A DNA stretch of 32,000 nt, from positions 540,001-572,000 of the forward strand of contig OY760660.1 in NCBI GenBank assembly GCA_963663995.1. Reading direction: 5' to 3'. Below the pieces are notes generated by a model. It was given only the letters and a program-made list of their open reading frames with translations. It ran no database searches and was not told where the DNA came from. Made by a program: the position numbers and the translations under genes. Below, one piece after another: positions 6,931 through 14,778 of the stretch; position 1 is the stretch's first letter; each line of letters opens with the position of its first letter. Source of the stretch: Erysipelotrichaceae bacterium (GTDB lineage: Bacteria > Bacillota_I > Bacilli_A > Erysipelotrichales > Erysipelotrichaceae).

Positions 6931-9563
6931 TTTCTTTGTTTCATTGATTTTTTAAACCATTTACGATAATCAGTTCCGAAAATAACGAATACAACCATCA
7001 ACATCGCAAGGAATTGAATAACCGCAATGGCAAATAGAATTTTATAGGAAATTGGAAATGTATAGAATTCCGCCTTAGATATAACAAATTCAGAAGCATG
7101 ACCAGGTTCAAATGTAATCCAGCCATCAATAACTTTTACATCTTTTGCTATTAACGAAAATCTATTTTTTAGTGGATCAAAATGGTAAACAGTTACAATA
7201 TCTCCATTTACGAATTGATCTGAAACATCTGCCTCTAAAAATACGCCTGATCCAATTGGACCACTATATTCTAGATTTAAAACTAGTTTTGGCGCAAAAT
7301 TACTGAGTTCATCTAATTGTTTTGAGTAATCAGAACCATAGCCTAAACCAAAGACTAAATCCTTTAAGCTTTGAATAGAATCAGCATTAATATACCAATT
7401 AGCAATATTACCTAAAGCAGGATCATTAACTATAATTTTTAATTTTTTACCCATTTCAGTAATTTTGTTGAGTAATGTTGTATCAATAACTTCACCATTT
7501 GAAATGGATAATATTAAGTCTTCAGCAACAAGCTCATCAATGAATTTAGCCATATCTTCTTGACCCAATTCTTCAATGTTTGCTCCTCTAATAACTGTAA
7601 TGGTAAATGTTTTAAGTTCAAAACTTTCAGAAAGAACATCAACAGTAATCGTGTTTTTCCCAAGCTTTAAACTTTCAGGATAATTAATAGTAACTGTTGC
7701 AGCAGCATCTTCAGCAACAGCATTTACTACGATAGAAGTTTCTTCCAAAGGTATGCTTATTTCATAATTTATAAGACTATTACTAAAATCTAAATCATAA
7801 TTTTCGATACTTAAAGTTGAAAGATTATTATTGTCAGAAACATCACCTAAGAACCCTTTAGCATCTTTTCTCATAATCTTGATACTATAGGTCGTTTTAC
7901 TTTGATTTTCTGCTGTTACAACGATATTAAATGTGTTTTCATAAATCGCTAATGATTTTGTGCCAGCGCCACTTACGGTTGCACTAGATTGATTTGGTGT
8001 AGCGCTAATATCAATTGTTGATACACCATTTTCTACAACTGCATAGTAATACAGTTCTTTTGCATCAAAATTTAGATCTACGCCTTCTAAGCTTAAGTCT
8101 TTTAAACTTGAATCAGTATCACGAGTATCAGTTTTCTTAATAACGATTGTATATGTCTTCACATCAGTATTCTCTGCTGTAACAACGACTTTAAAAGTAT
8201 TTGTTCCATAAGCAAGCGTTTTTGTTCCAGTTCCAGTAATACTTGATTTTGTATCTGTACGCTCTGCAGCAATAGTAATGCTTGTAGCTTCAGTTGATCC
8301 TAAATCATAATACGTTTTAGTATTCGAAAATCCCTCTACAGAACTACCATCAACAGTTAAACTGCTTACCGTGTTTACAGTACTTCTATTATCATTTCGA
8401 GTTACTTTTACTGAATACGTCTTAGTTGTTGAATTTTCTGCTGTAACAACAATATTAAATGTATTAACCCCATATGCTAAAGATTTAGTTCCTGTTCCAC
8501 TAACACTTGCTTTTGCATCATTAACACTAGCTGCTATCGTTATACTTGCATCATCTGTGCTATATGCAAGACTTGAGATTACTGATGTACCATTCACTGT
8601 TAGTGCTGATAGTGTATTGTCAGTACTACGTGTGTCATTTCGAGTAATTGTTAAAGTATATGTTTTCTTACTACCATTCTCTGCTGTTACCACGATATTA
8701 AAAGAATTAGATCCATAATTTAATGTTTTAGTACCAGTACCTTCTATCGTAGCTTTGCTATCAGTGGCAGTTGCGGCTACAACAACAGATGCACTATCAG
8801 TTGAAGTACTAAGCGAACTTAAAACATTTGTTCCATTAACAGTTAATGCAGATAAAGTATTAACAGTACTTCTTGTATCATTTCTTGTAATACTAACTGA
8901 GTAAGTTTTAGTGCTTCCATTTTCGGCTGTAACAACAACATTAAATGTGTTAGCACCATAATTAAGCGTTTTAGTACCTGTGCCAGAAATACTTGCACCT
9001 GAATGATTTGCAGTGGCCGTTATTGTTGCAGAGGCATTATCAGTTGAATAAGCCAGTGAAGATAGGACATTTGAACCATCTACAGCTAATGCACTTAATG
9101 TGTTATCACTGCTTAAAGCTTGCGCAATATTAACTGTTACTGATCCAGATCCACCTGATTGAAAAGAAACTCCATCAGAAACTTCTATTCTTGATAAGGT
9201 AATAGATGTTGAAGTCCCTGCCGTAAAAGAACTTGTTGCTTGAAATGTAATATTCACAACATTAAAACTACCTGTTTGTGCAGTACTTGGACTATCTAAA
9301 AGAAAAGAAGTCGCTCCAGCGGTTAAATTATAATTTGAATTTCCAGAAGAACCTGTAATTGTTAATTTTGAACTATCATATGAAATATATGCTTGAACAG
9401 CCTGAGCAGTTAAATCAGTTGAAACTGAAATTGATACACTAAAAGATGCACCTGAGTTAATTGTTCCACCACCAGAAATTGAACCACCAACATTAGCTTG
9501 GATTGGCAACGGATTTAAAAGCGATATTAAGAGTAATAAAACTAAAGCGATATATTTTTTCAT
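6909..9563 (-). CDS. Membrane-anchored surface stalk protein: signal peptide, cohesin-like module, 6 cadherin-like beta-sandwich repeats, unknown domain, C-terminal TM anchor
   Basis: Signal peptide MKKYIALVLLLLISLLNPLPIQA/N. aa 25-147 is cohesin-like. aa 151-660 holds six ~80-90-aa repeats of the type LSALxVxG...TGTKTLxYGxNTFNxVVTAENxxxKTYxxxxTR. C-terminal hydrophobic stretch ILFAIAVIQFLAMLMVVFVIF is followed by a KR-rich tail. GGAG SD lies inside the end of the upstream gene. Confidence 0.85.
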   Translation of the reverse strand: MKKYIALVLLLLISLLNPLPIQANVGGSISGGGTINSGASFSVSISVSTDLTAQAVQAYISYDSSKLTITGSSGNSNYNLTAGATSFLLDSPSTAQTGSFNVVNITFQATSSFTAGTSTSITLSRIEVSDGVSFQSGGSGSVTVNIAQALSSDNTLSALAVDGSNVLSSLAYSTDNASATITATANHSGASISGTGTKTLNYGANTFNVVVTAENGSTKTYSVSITRNDTRSTVNTLSALTVNGTNVLSSLSTSTDSASVVVAATATDSKATIEGTGTKTLNYGSNSFNIVVTAENGSKKTYTLTITRNDTRSTDNTLSALTVNGTSVISSLAYSTDDASITIAASVNDAKASVSGTGTKSLAYGVNTFNIVVTAENSTTKTYSVKVTRNDNRSTVNTVSSLTVDGSSVEGFSNTKTYYDLGSTEATSITIAAERTDTKSSITGTGTKTLAYGTNTFKVVVTAENTDVKTYTIVIKKTDTRDTDSSLKDLSLEGVDLNFDAKELYYYAVVENGVSTIDISATPNQSSATVSGAGTKSLAIYENTFNIVVTAENQSKTTYSIKIMRKDAKGFLGDVSDNNNLSTLSIENYDLDFSNSLINYEISIPLEETSIVVNAVAEDAAATVTINYPESLKLGKNTITVDVLSESFELKTFTITVIRGANIEELGQEDMAKFIDELVAEDLILSISNGEVIDTTLLNKITEMGKKLKIIVNDPALGNIANWYINADSIQSLKDLVFGLGYGSDYSKQLDELSNFAPKLVLNLEYSGPIGSGVFLEADVSDQFVNGDIVTVYHFDPLKNRFSLIAKDVKVIDGWITFEPGHASEFVISKAEFYTFPISYKILFAIAVIQFLAMLMVVFVIFGTDYRKWFKKSMKQRKMKTSSR
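7584..9113 (-). repeat. Six tandem cadherin-like beta-sandwich (CLD-type) domain repeats, coding
   Basis: aa 151-660. Repeats 1-3 are very similar at protein level (roughly two thirds identical by eye). Repeats 4-6 are progressively more diverged. Confidence 0.8.
9123..9491 (-). other. Cohesin-like module (aa 25-147 of the 884-aa protein)
   Basis: Pattern G-ASFSVSISV....AVQAYISYDSSKLTI..G ... GSFNVVNITFQATSSFTAGTSTSITLSRIEVSD. This matches my recollection of the cohesin profile: a G.tv.v.V strand, a giagfqf.l.YD...L core, then G.la.l.F.v....g.s..I.l. Assignment is by eye only. Confidence 0.6.
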
Positions 9564-9567
9564 TAAA

Positions 9568-12500
9568 TTACTCCATTCCTACTAAGATTCTTCTTAAACG
9601 AATTAAATCAACCAAATTAACACTTCCATCTCTATTTACATCTAATGCTTCAAGATTAGTAGCATCTAAAGTTCCTGTACCAACCATATATTTTCTTAAT
9701 AGAATAATATCAAGAAGATTCGTTACATTATCAGCATTTGCATCCCCTAATATCATTGAAGATACTGTTGCAGTTGCTGTAACTCCCGATCTTAGTGTTG
9801 CCATAATAGTTGCACTACCTCTGCCTACTGCGCTTACAATTCCATTAGATACCGTTGCTACCGATGTATTTGAGCTAGACCAAGAAACACCTTGAGTTAA
9901 TGCGTTGTTCGCGTCATAGCTAGCATATAATTTACCATCTTTTATATTACTTATATCAAGCGTTGCAATATTTAAAGAAACTGAATTTGCTACAAGCGCT
10001 ACTGTTACGTCAATATTTTTAACTATTTTTCCATCTTCACTAATGACTTTAATGTCTGTATATCCATTATCATGAGCAGTGATCAAACCATTAGAGTCAA
10101 CGCTAGCAATAGATGGATTCAATGAATAATATTTAAATGAAGTGTAGTTAGAATCTAAAGGCACAGGTGTTATAGAAATTTGTTGCGTTTCATTAGCGGC
10201 TGTAAGTGTATACGAAGATGATGCTAAAGTGAAATCTGTTAAAGGTATATCTACAACAATGTAAACATAACCCACAATAATTCCATCAATATCAACTGTA
10301 ATTATGGCTGAACCGGCAGAAACACTTGTAATCAAACCAATATTGGTATTTGTTATATCATTTGAGACAGTAACTACATTTTCATTAGAACTTGTAAAAG
10401 TATAAATACTGTTTTCAGCATAGACTAGTTCTAAATTTTGAATACTACCTAAAGCATTAAAATATCTAAAATTTTCGAAATCAGATTGAGAATCTTGCGA
10501 ATCAACTTCTAAAACCAATCCATAATCAGCAAAATATTTTAATCGATAAATCGTTAAGTTTGTTTCATCAAAATATTCAGTGATGGCAGCATCAACGTAA
10601 GTATTATCACTTATAACTGAAGTATATGTAATTGGTGAATATTTACTATTCACATTCGCCACAACATTTAATCGATACACGCTATCCGTTAATTCTAATG
10701 AACTAAAATTAGTATCAGCCAAACTAAAAGCAGAATAATCATACGTATATAAACCATTACCGTAATTATTAGTAATATCAGAAGTTGCAGTTGCTGAAGT
10801 TGTAAGATTCAAAGTTTTCTGAATAGTATTTGTTGAGTCTATGAAATTAAGTTTATATGACACATCAAATGGATTAAAAGTGGAAACACCATCTTGCCAT
10901 ATAGTTCCCGTTAAACTAAATATGTTTGTCAAATCATCATATACAAACGATGTATTCAATTTCGCATCCATATTTGCCAAATATTCATTGTAAGTATAAG
11001 TAATATATTGATAATCAAGTCCTGACGCAACAACATTAAAGTTAGAATATTTTACATATACTCGGCCATTCTGCCAATCATAAGGGACTAAATCAATTGG
11101 ATCAACTTTACTATTAGTTTCAGAATAATAAATTGCAGTACCAGAATTTGTAATTGGCATAGTTGAGTTGACTTCATACCAATTATTACTGCTTACATCG
11201 TTAAATTGATCATTAATAATGAATGAATAATTTCGAATTTTATTTGTAATTGTATATGAATACAAAGTTAATGATGAATCCAATGGTTCACTCTTTATTG
11301 AATAAGTTGCCCCGTCCGGAATCATTCCAATTTCGTAAGTGTTATAGTCTCTAAATCCACTATATCTATCAATTCGATAAGCCCACCCAGCAACTTTGTT
11401 TGCCCAATATGGATCAGATGCATATTTTGTCGCAATACCACTATTTTTAGTTCCAAATGATGAACTGAAAAATCGGAAATCTTCAATACTTAAATAACCA
11501 CGAATATGCAAACCCATATACTCTTCAACTGAAGAAGCTATAGAATCAAAAACTTTTGCTGCATAAACATTTGAGTCATATGCACCCCAGCCATAAAGGT
11601 TTTTATAATCAATCGCTAATTTTGAACGTCCTATGCCACTTTCATGCATTGCTAATGCATAGATTAAAAGTGCATTAACACCATATGTTTTCTCATTTGA
11701 TTTAAATGACTGTCCTTGATTAACAAGCATACTTTGTGTAGAAGATAATGAAGCATAAGTTGTTGGAATTGATGTATAACCAAGTGCATTTACGTACTTA
11801 TCAAAATCAGTAGAGTCTAGATTAGATTTAGTTCTTAATGGTAAATATTGATAGTAATTATAATATTCACCAGGGTTATCTCCATCCATAACAGGTATAG
11901 TTAATCCCATATCATAGAAAAAATGGATAGAATCAGCACTATAAAAATTACCATTTGGTAACCAATCTGGAGCTTTACCATATGTATATTCTGAAAAATA
12001 ATTTCCACTATAAGTAGATACAGTTGCATGAGCAATTTCTCTTATATTGCTAGTAGCACCTGTTGAATCTGGATAATTAGTATTGGTATAAACACGATAA
12101 ACATTCATTTTCGGAATTAAAGTGAATGGTTGCTCTTCTGTTGTTGAGCCTTTAACACGTTCTTCGTAGGTATTACCACCTAAAGTTATGCTCCATCCTT
12201 TTTCAATGTAGATTAAAGGTATAATATCAATCGATTTAATATGAACATAACCTTTAAAGCCATTAATTTGAACAAATGCTGTACCATCACCTGTTGTTGG
12301 ATCAAAACTATCTGTAACGTAATAAATTAAGTCACGATAGGCTTGCATATATGTTGAATACCCTGAGAAAGTTGTACCACTGACATATTGGTGAACTGTT
12401 AAAAGAACACTGTTATCGACATAATTATCAGTTCTTCTTAGTGGATAACTTGAAGCAAGTGCTCTTTGTGCTGCAACTATTTTTAGTGGACTTAATGATT

Positions 12501-12732
12501 GTTCGTGTTGAATAATCATATCGTTATAAGAACTACTATAACTAGTCATGCTTGATTTAGCAGCAGATAGATTCGAGTAACAGCCTAAAGCTGTTTGAGA
12601 TTTATCTTGATTGATATTGGATAAATAGAATTCTGAACTTGAACATGACCCTAAAGCTAAAAGTTCCAATTTTGCCATTGGAAAGATTGAAACTATAAGT
12701 AGGAAAGTTATAAATAGAATTCTTTTTTTCAT
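9568..12732 (-). CDS. Secreted GH73-family peptidoglycan hydrolase (N-acetylglucosaminidase type) with 3 Big_2-like Ig domains and a C-terminal type-I dockerin
   Basis: N-terminal signal sequence. GH73 core: YGVNALLIYALAMHESGIGRSKLAIDYKNLYGWGAYD...ATKYASDPYWANKV. Three Ig-like repeats are SSNENVVTVS...GSAIITV, LNPSIASVDSNGLITAHDNGYTDIKV and WSSSNTSVATVSNGIVSAVGRGSATIMA. Dockerin at aa 995-1054. Start lies 2 nt after the upstream stop. Confidence 0.9.
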   Translation of the reverse strand: MKKRILFITFLLIVSIFPMAKLELLALGSCSSSEFYLSNINQDKSQTALGCYSNLSAAKSSMTSYSSSYNDMIIQHEQSLSPLKIVAAQRALASSYPLRRTDNYVDNSVLLTVHQYVSGTTFSGYSTYMQAYRDLIYYVTDSFDPTTGDGTAFVQINGFKGYVHIKSIDIIPLIYIEKGWSITLGGNTYEERVKGSTTEEQPFTLIPKMNVYRVYTNTNYPDSTGATSNIREIAHATVSTYSGNYFSEYTYGKAPDWLPNGNFYSADSIHFFYDMGLTIPVMDGDNPGEYYNYYQYLPLRTKSNLDSTDFDKYVNALGYTSIPTTYASLSSTQSMLVNQGQSFKSNEKTYGVNALLIYALAMHESGIGRSKLAIDYKNLYGWGAYDSNVYAAKVFDSIASSVEEYMGLHIRGYLSIEDFRFFSSSFGTKNSGIATKYASDPYWANKVAGWAYRIDRYSGFRDYNTYEIGMIPDGATYSIKSEPLDSSLTLYSYTITNKIRNYSFIINDQFNDVSSNNWYEVNSTMPITNSGTAIYYSETNSKVDPIDLVPYDWQNGRVYVKYSNFNVVASGLDYQYITYTYNEYLANMDAKLNTSFVYDDLTNIFSLTGTIWQDGVSTFNPFDVSYKLNFIDSTNTIQKTLNLTTSATATSDITNNYGNGLYTYDYSAFSLADTNFSSLELTDSVYRLNVVANVNSKYSPITYTSVISDNTYVDAAITEYFDETNLTIYRLKYFADYGLVLEVDSQDSQSDFENFRYFNALGSIQNLELVYAENSIYTFTSSNENVVTVSNDITNTNIGLITSVSAGSAIITVDIDGIIVGYVYIVVDIPLTDFTLASSSYTLTAANETQQISITPVPLDSNYTSFKYYSLNPSIASVDSNGLITAHDNGYTDIKVISEDGKIVKNIDVTVALVANSVSLNIATLDISNIKDGKLYASYDANNALTQGVSWSSSNTSVATVSNGIVSAVGRGSATIMATLRSGVTATATVSSMILGDANADNVTNLLDIILLRKYMVGTGTLDATNLEALDVNRDGSVNLVDLIRLRRILVGME
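9571..9750 (-). other. Type-I dockerin module (duplicated Ca-binding F-hand segments)
   Basis: Segment 1: GDANADNVTNLLDIILLRKYMVG. Segment 2: DVNRDGSVNLVDLIRLRRILVG. Both have D/N at loop positions 1, 3, 5, 9 and 12, followed by an amphipathic helix. The linker is 12 aa. Confidence 0.85.
9763..10410 (-). other. Three bacterial Ig-like (Big_2-type) domains, aa ~775-990
   Basis: Each unit carries the recurrent S.N..VA.V...G.v.a...G.a.I.v signature. Confidence 0.7.
11368..11715 (-). other. GH73 (glucosaminidase) catalytic domain, aa ~340-455
   Basis: Catalytic-Glu context AMHESGIGRSKLA, then NLYGWGAYD and YASDPYW, which are typical GH73/LytD-type motifs. Confidence 0.8.
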
Positions 12733-12734
12733 AA

Positions 12735-13685
12735 CTATTCAATTAATGTGAACACGTAAGGTTCATCTACCCCTTCAATATAAAGTTCTAGATAAGCTGG
12801 TTCTTCCATTAGTGTACTTGCACTAGAATATAAATCAAAGAATAAGTAAGCTGTTGTATCATTAGTTAATTTTTCATTAAATAGATTACGCAACTCTTCA
12901 ATGCTAATTCGTGCTGGTAGCGCTGTATTTTCTCTTTGTGTTTTAGTGAAAATATAATTTGCAGCTGAAATTTTTATGGCTGTATCTTCGTCAAGATCTA
13001 TTTCTAAAAGCACAGCATGAATCTTTGCTGTCGAAGGAAACTCAACTGCTTCAGTATTTCCATCCTGAGTCTCATAAATTGTTTTTCCTGAAAAGTCTGC
13101 AACATCTAACACTTTAATCGTTCCACCATCAAAGCGTGCTAGTTTAGCTTCATCTTGTGCATTATAACCTAACATTTCTTTCGTTCCAGATTTTACAGAT
13201 AAATCTAGTGTCACTTGTACATTTTCGTAACGTCCAAAGATTAAATCAAGAGATTTAACGTCTTTATCAACGACAGGTACAAATAATCGAACTGTATATA
13301 ATTCCATGTCTTTAGGAACATCAAAATCAATGTTCTGAATATTGATATCTAAACCATTATTATTTAGCATTTCGATATAATTAGAATAATTAGAAAGGAA
13401 GATATCTTCCGACGTATAAATATCTTCAAACGTCATATCCATAACTTCGTTAGAACTAAGTGTTACGTCAACAATTAAAAAATTAAAATCCATGTCATCA
13501 AAATCAAAAACGATGTAGTTATTGAGAGTTATATTTACTTCCTGAGCTATTTTTTCAGGAATAGGTAAAATAACTTCTTTTTCTGCATCGTATGTATAGA
13601 AGTAGAGATCAAAAACGACCAAAGAAATGGACATTAATATGCTTAAAACAATTGGAATAATAATTAATAGGTGAATTTTTTTCAT
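12735..13685 (-). CDS. Hypothetical type-II membrane protein (N-terminal TM anchor, acidic extracytoplasmic domain); first gene of the hydrolase/stalk operon
   Basis: N-terminus MKKIHLLIIIPIVLSILMSISLVVFDLYF, then ~285 aa of beta-rich acidic sequence with no motif I recognise. Only 2-nt and 4-nt gaps separate it from the two downstream genes. Confidence 0.7.
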   Translation of the reverse strand: MKKIHLLIIIPIVLSILMSISLVVFDLYFYTYDAEKEVILPIPEKIAQEVNITLNNYIVFDFDDMDFNFLIVDVTLSSNEVMDMTFEDIYTSEDIFLSNYSNYIEMLNNNGLDINIQNIDFDVPKDMELYTVRLFVPVVDKDVKSLDLIFGRYENVQVTLDLSVKSGTKEMLGYNAQDEAKLARFDGGTIKVLDVADFSGKTIYETQDGNTEAVEFPSTAKIHAVLLEIDLDEDTAIKISAANYIFTKTQRENTALPARISIEELRNLFNEKLTNDTTAYLFFDLYSSASTLMEEPAYLELYIEGVDEPYVFTLIE

Positions 13686-13693
13686 TACAGTTT

Positions 13694-13702
13694 ATTTTAA
13701 CA
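13694..13702 (-). promoter_or_regulatory. Possible extended -10 promoter element (TGtTAAAAT) in front of the 316-aa gene
   Basis: Minus strand reads CAATGTTAAAATAAACTGTAATG. There is no convincing -35 and no SD before the ATG at 13685. Confidence 0.25.
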
Positions 13703-13724
13703 TTGTTTTGAACATGATTTCGTC

Positions 13725-14771
13725 TTAGAAGAAACTAAATACATCTTTTATAGAAATAAATATAAATAGCAAGAGTAATAACGCCATTGACACCATCATA
13801 ATTCCCTGTTCAAACTTCTGATTAAGTGGTTTTCCTCTTAACATTTCAACAAATATTAATAGTGATCGACCACCATCTAAAATTGGTACTGGAAGTAAAT
13901 TAAAGATAGCGATATTAACCGATAACAAAGCGACGACATAGAAAATAGCTCTAAATCCATATTGAGCACTTTCAGCAGTGAACTGGAATATTCCAACAGG
14001 TCCACTAACAGCATTTAAACCCAAACCCTTCATCAATCTTGATAAGGTCATCACAACTGAGGAAACCATATCTTTCATATCGATAAAAGCATATTTGATA
14101 CTTTCAAAAAAACCGATTTCTTTTACTTGGTATTCAGGGGTTTGAACACCTATCATATATTGATTGTTTTCTTCATTTAATACAGGTGTAACAGTCACCA
14201 CAACTGTTTCTCCTGCACGATCAAGCGTAAATTGAATTTCATCTGTATAAAACTGTAAAGCTTCTACTACATCATAAAAATCTTTAGGTTCTTGCACCGT
14301 ACCATCAGAGAATTGAATTGAAAGGATACGATCACCTTCCATCATTCCAGCTGCTTCTGCAGGCATTCCTGAAGTAATAGGTCCTAAGATAGGTTCTGGG
14401 GTTAAAACCACGGCTCCAGCTTCTAAATTCAATCCTGTTAAAACAATTAACGCTAAAACAAAATTCATAAATATGCCTGAAAGCATTACGATGATTCTTT
14501 TTAATGGCGCAATTTTTTGGATTGAACGAGAAGGATCAACACCCTCTTCTTCAACCCCTTCTTCTCCTAACATCGAAACAAAACCACCAAAGGGTAAAGC
14601 ACGAATAGAATAAAGTGTCTCTTTGCCTTTCCACTTAAAAAGTTTTGGGCCCATCCCAATCGCAAATTCTTTACAATAGACATTAAAAGCTTTAGCACTG
14701 ATTAAATGACCAGATTCATGAACTAAAACAATTAAACCTAATACAAATACAAAGGTTAAAATACTTTCCAT
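13725..14771 (-). CDS. rseP: RIP zinc metalloprotease RseP (site-2 protease)
   Basis: HESGHLISAK (HExxH), a central PDZ-like region, NLLPVPILDGG. Start moved to the ATG at 14771 (MESILTF...), which has a TAGGAG SD. The track start at 14807 lies inside cdsA. Confidence 0.9.
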   Translation of the reverse strand: MESILTFVFVLGLIVLVHESGHLISAKAFNVYCKEFAIGMGPKLFKWKGKETLYSIRALPFGGFVSMLGEEGVEEEGVDPSRSIQKIAPLKRIIVMLSGIFMNFVLALIVLTGLNLEAGAVVLTPEPILGPITSGMPAEAAGMMEGDRILSIQFSDGTVQEPKDFYDVVEALQFYTDEIQFTLDRAGETVVVTVTPVLNEENNQYMIGVQTPEYQVKEIGFFESIKYAFIDMKDMVSSVVMTLSRLMKGLGLNAVSGPVGIFQFTAESAQYGFRAIFYVVALLSVNIAIFNLLPVPILDGGRSLLIFVEMLRGKPLNQKFEQGIMMVSMALLLLLFIFISIKDVFSFF

Positions 14772-14778
14772 AAAACTC

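Noticed and set aside
8371-9895. Plus-strand ORFs 8371-8718 (115 aa) and 9503-9895 (130 aa)
   Set aside because: Both are antisense to the repeat-rich stalk and hydrolase genes. Their low-complexity L/V/T/S-rich translations are the mirror image of the repetitive coding strand. There are no start signals.
12640-12732. Lipoprotein signal (LALGSC) in the 1054-aa hydrolase
   Set aside because: The candidate lipobox is non-canonical (Gly at -2). The hydrophobic region is interrupted by Lys/Glu, and an SPase-I site after PMA is equally plausible. I left it as a generic signal sequence.
14772-14778. Absence of dxr between cdsA and rseP as an anomaly
   Set aside because: Many Bacillota that use the mevalonate pathway have cdsA directly followed by rseP. 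On its own this is not informative.
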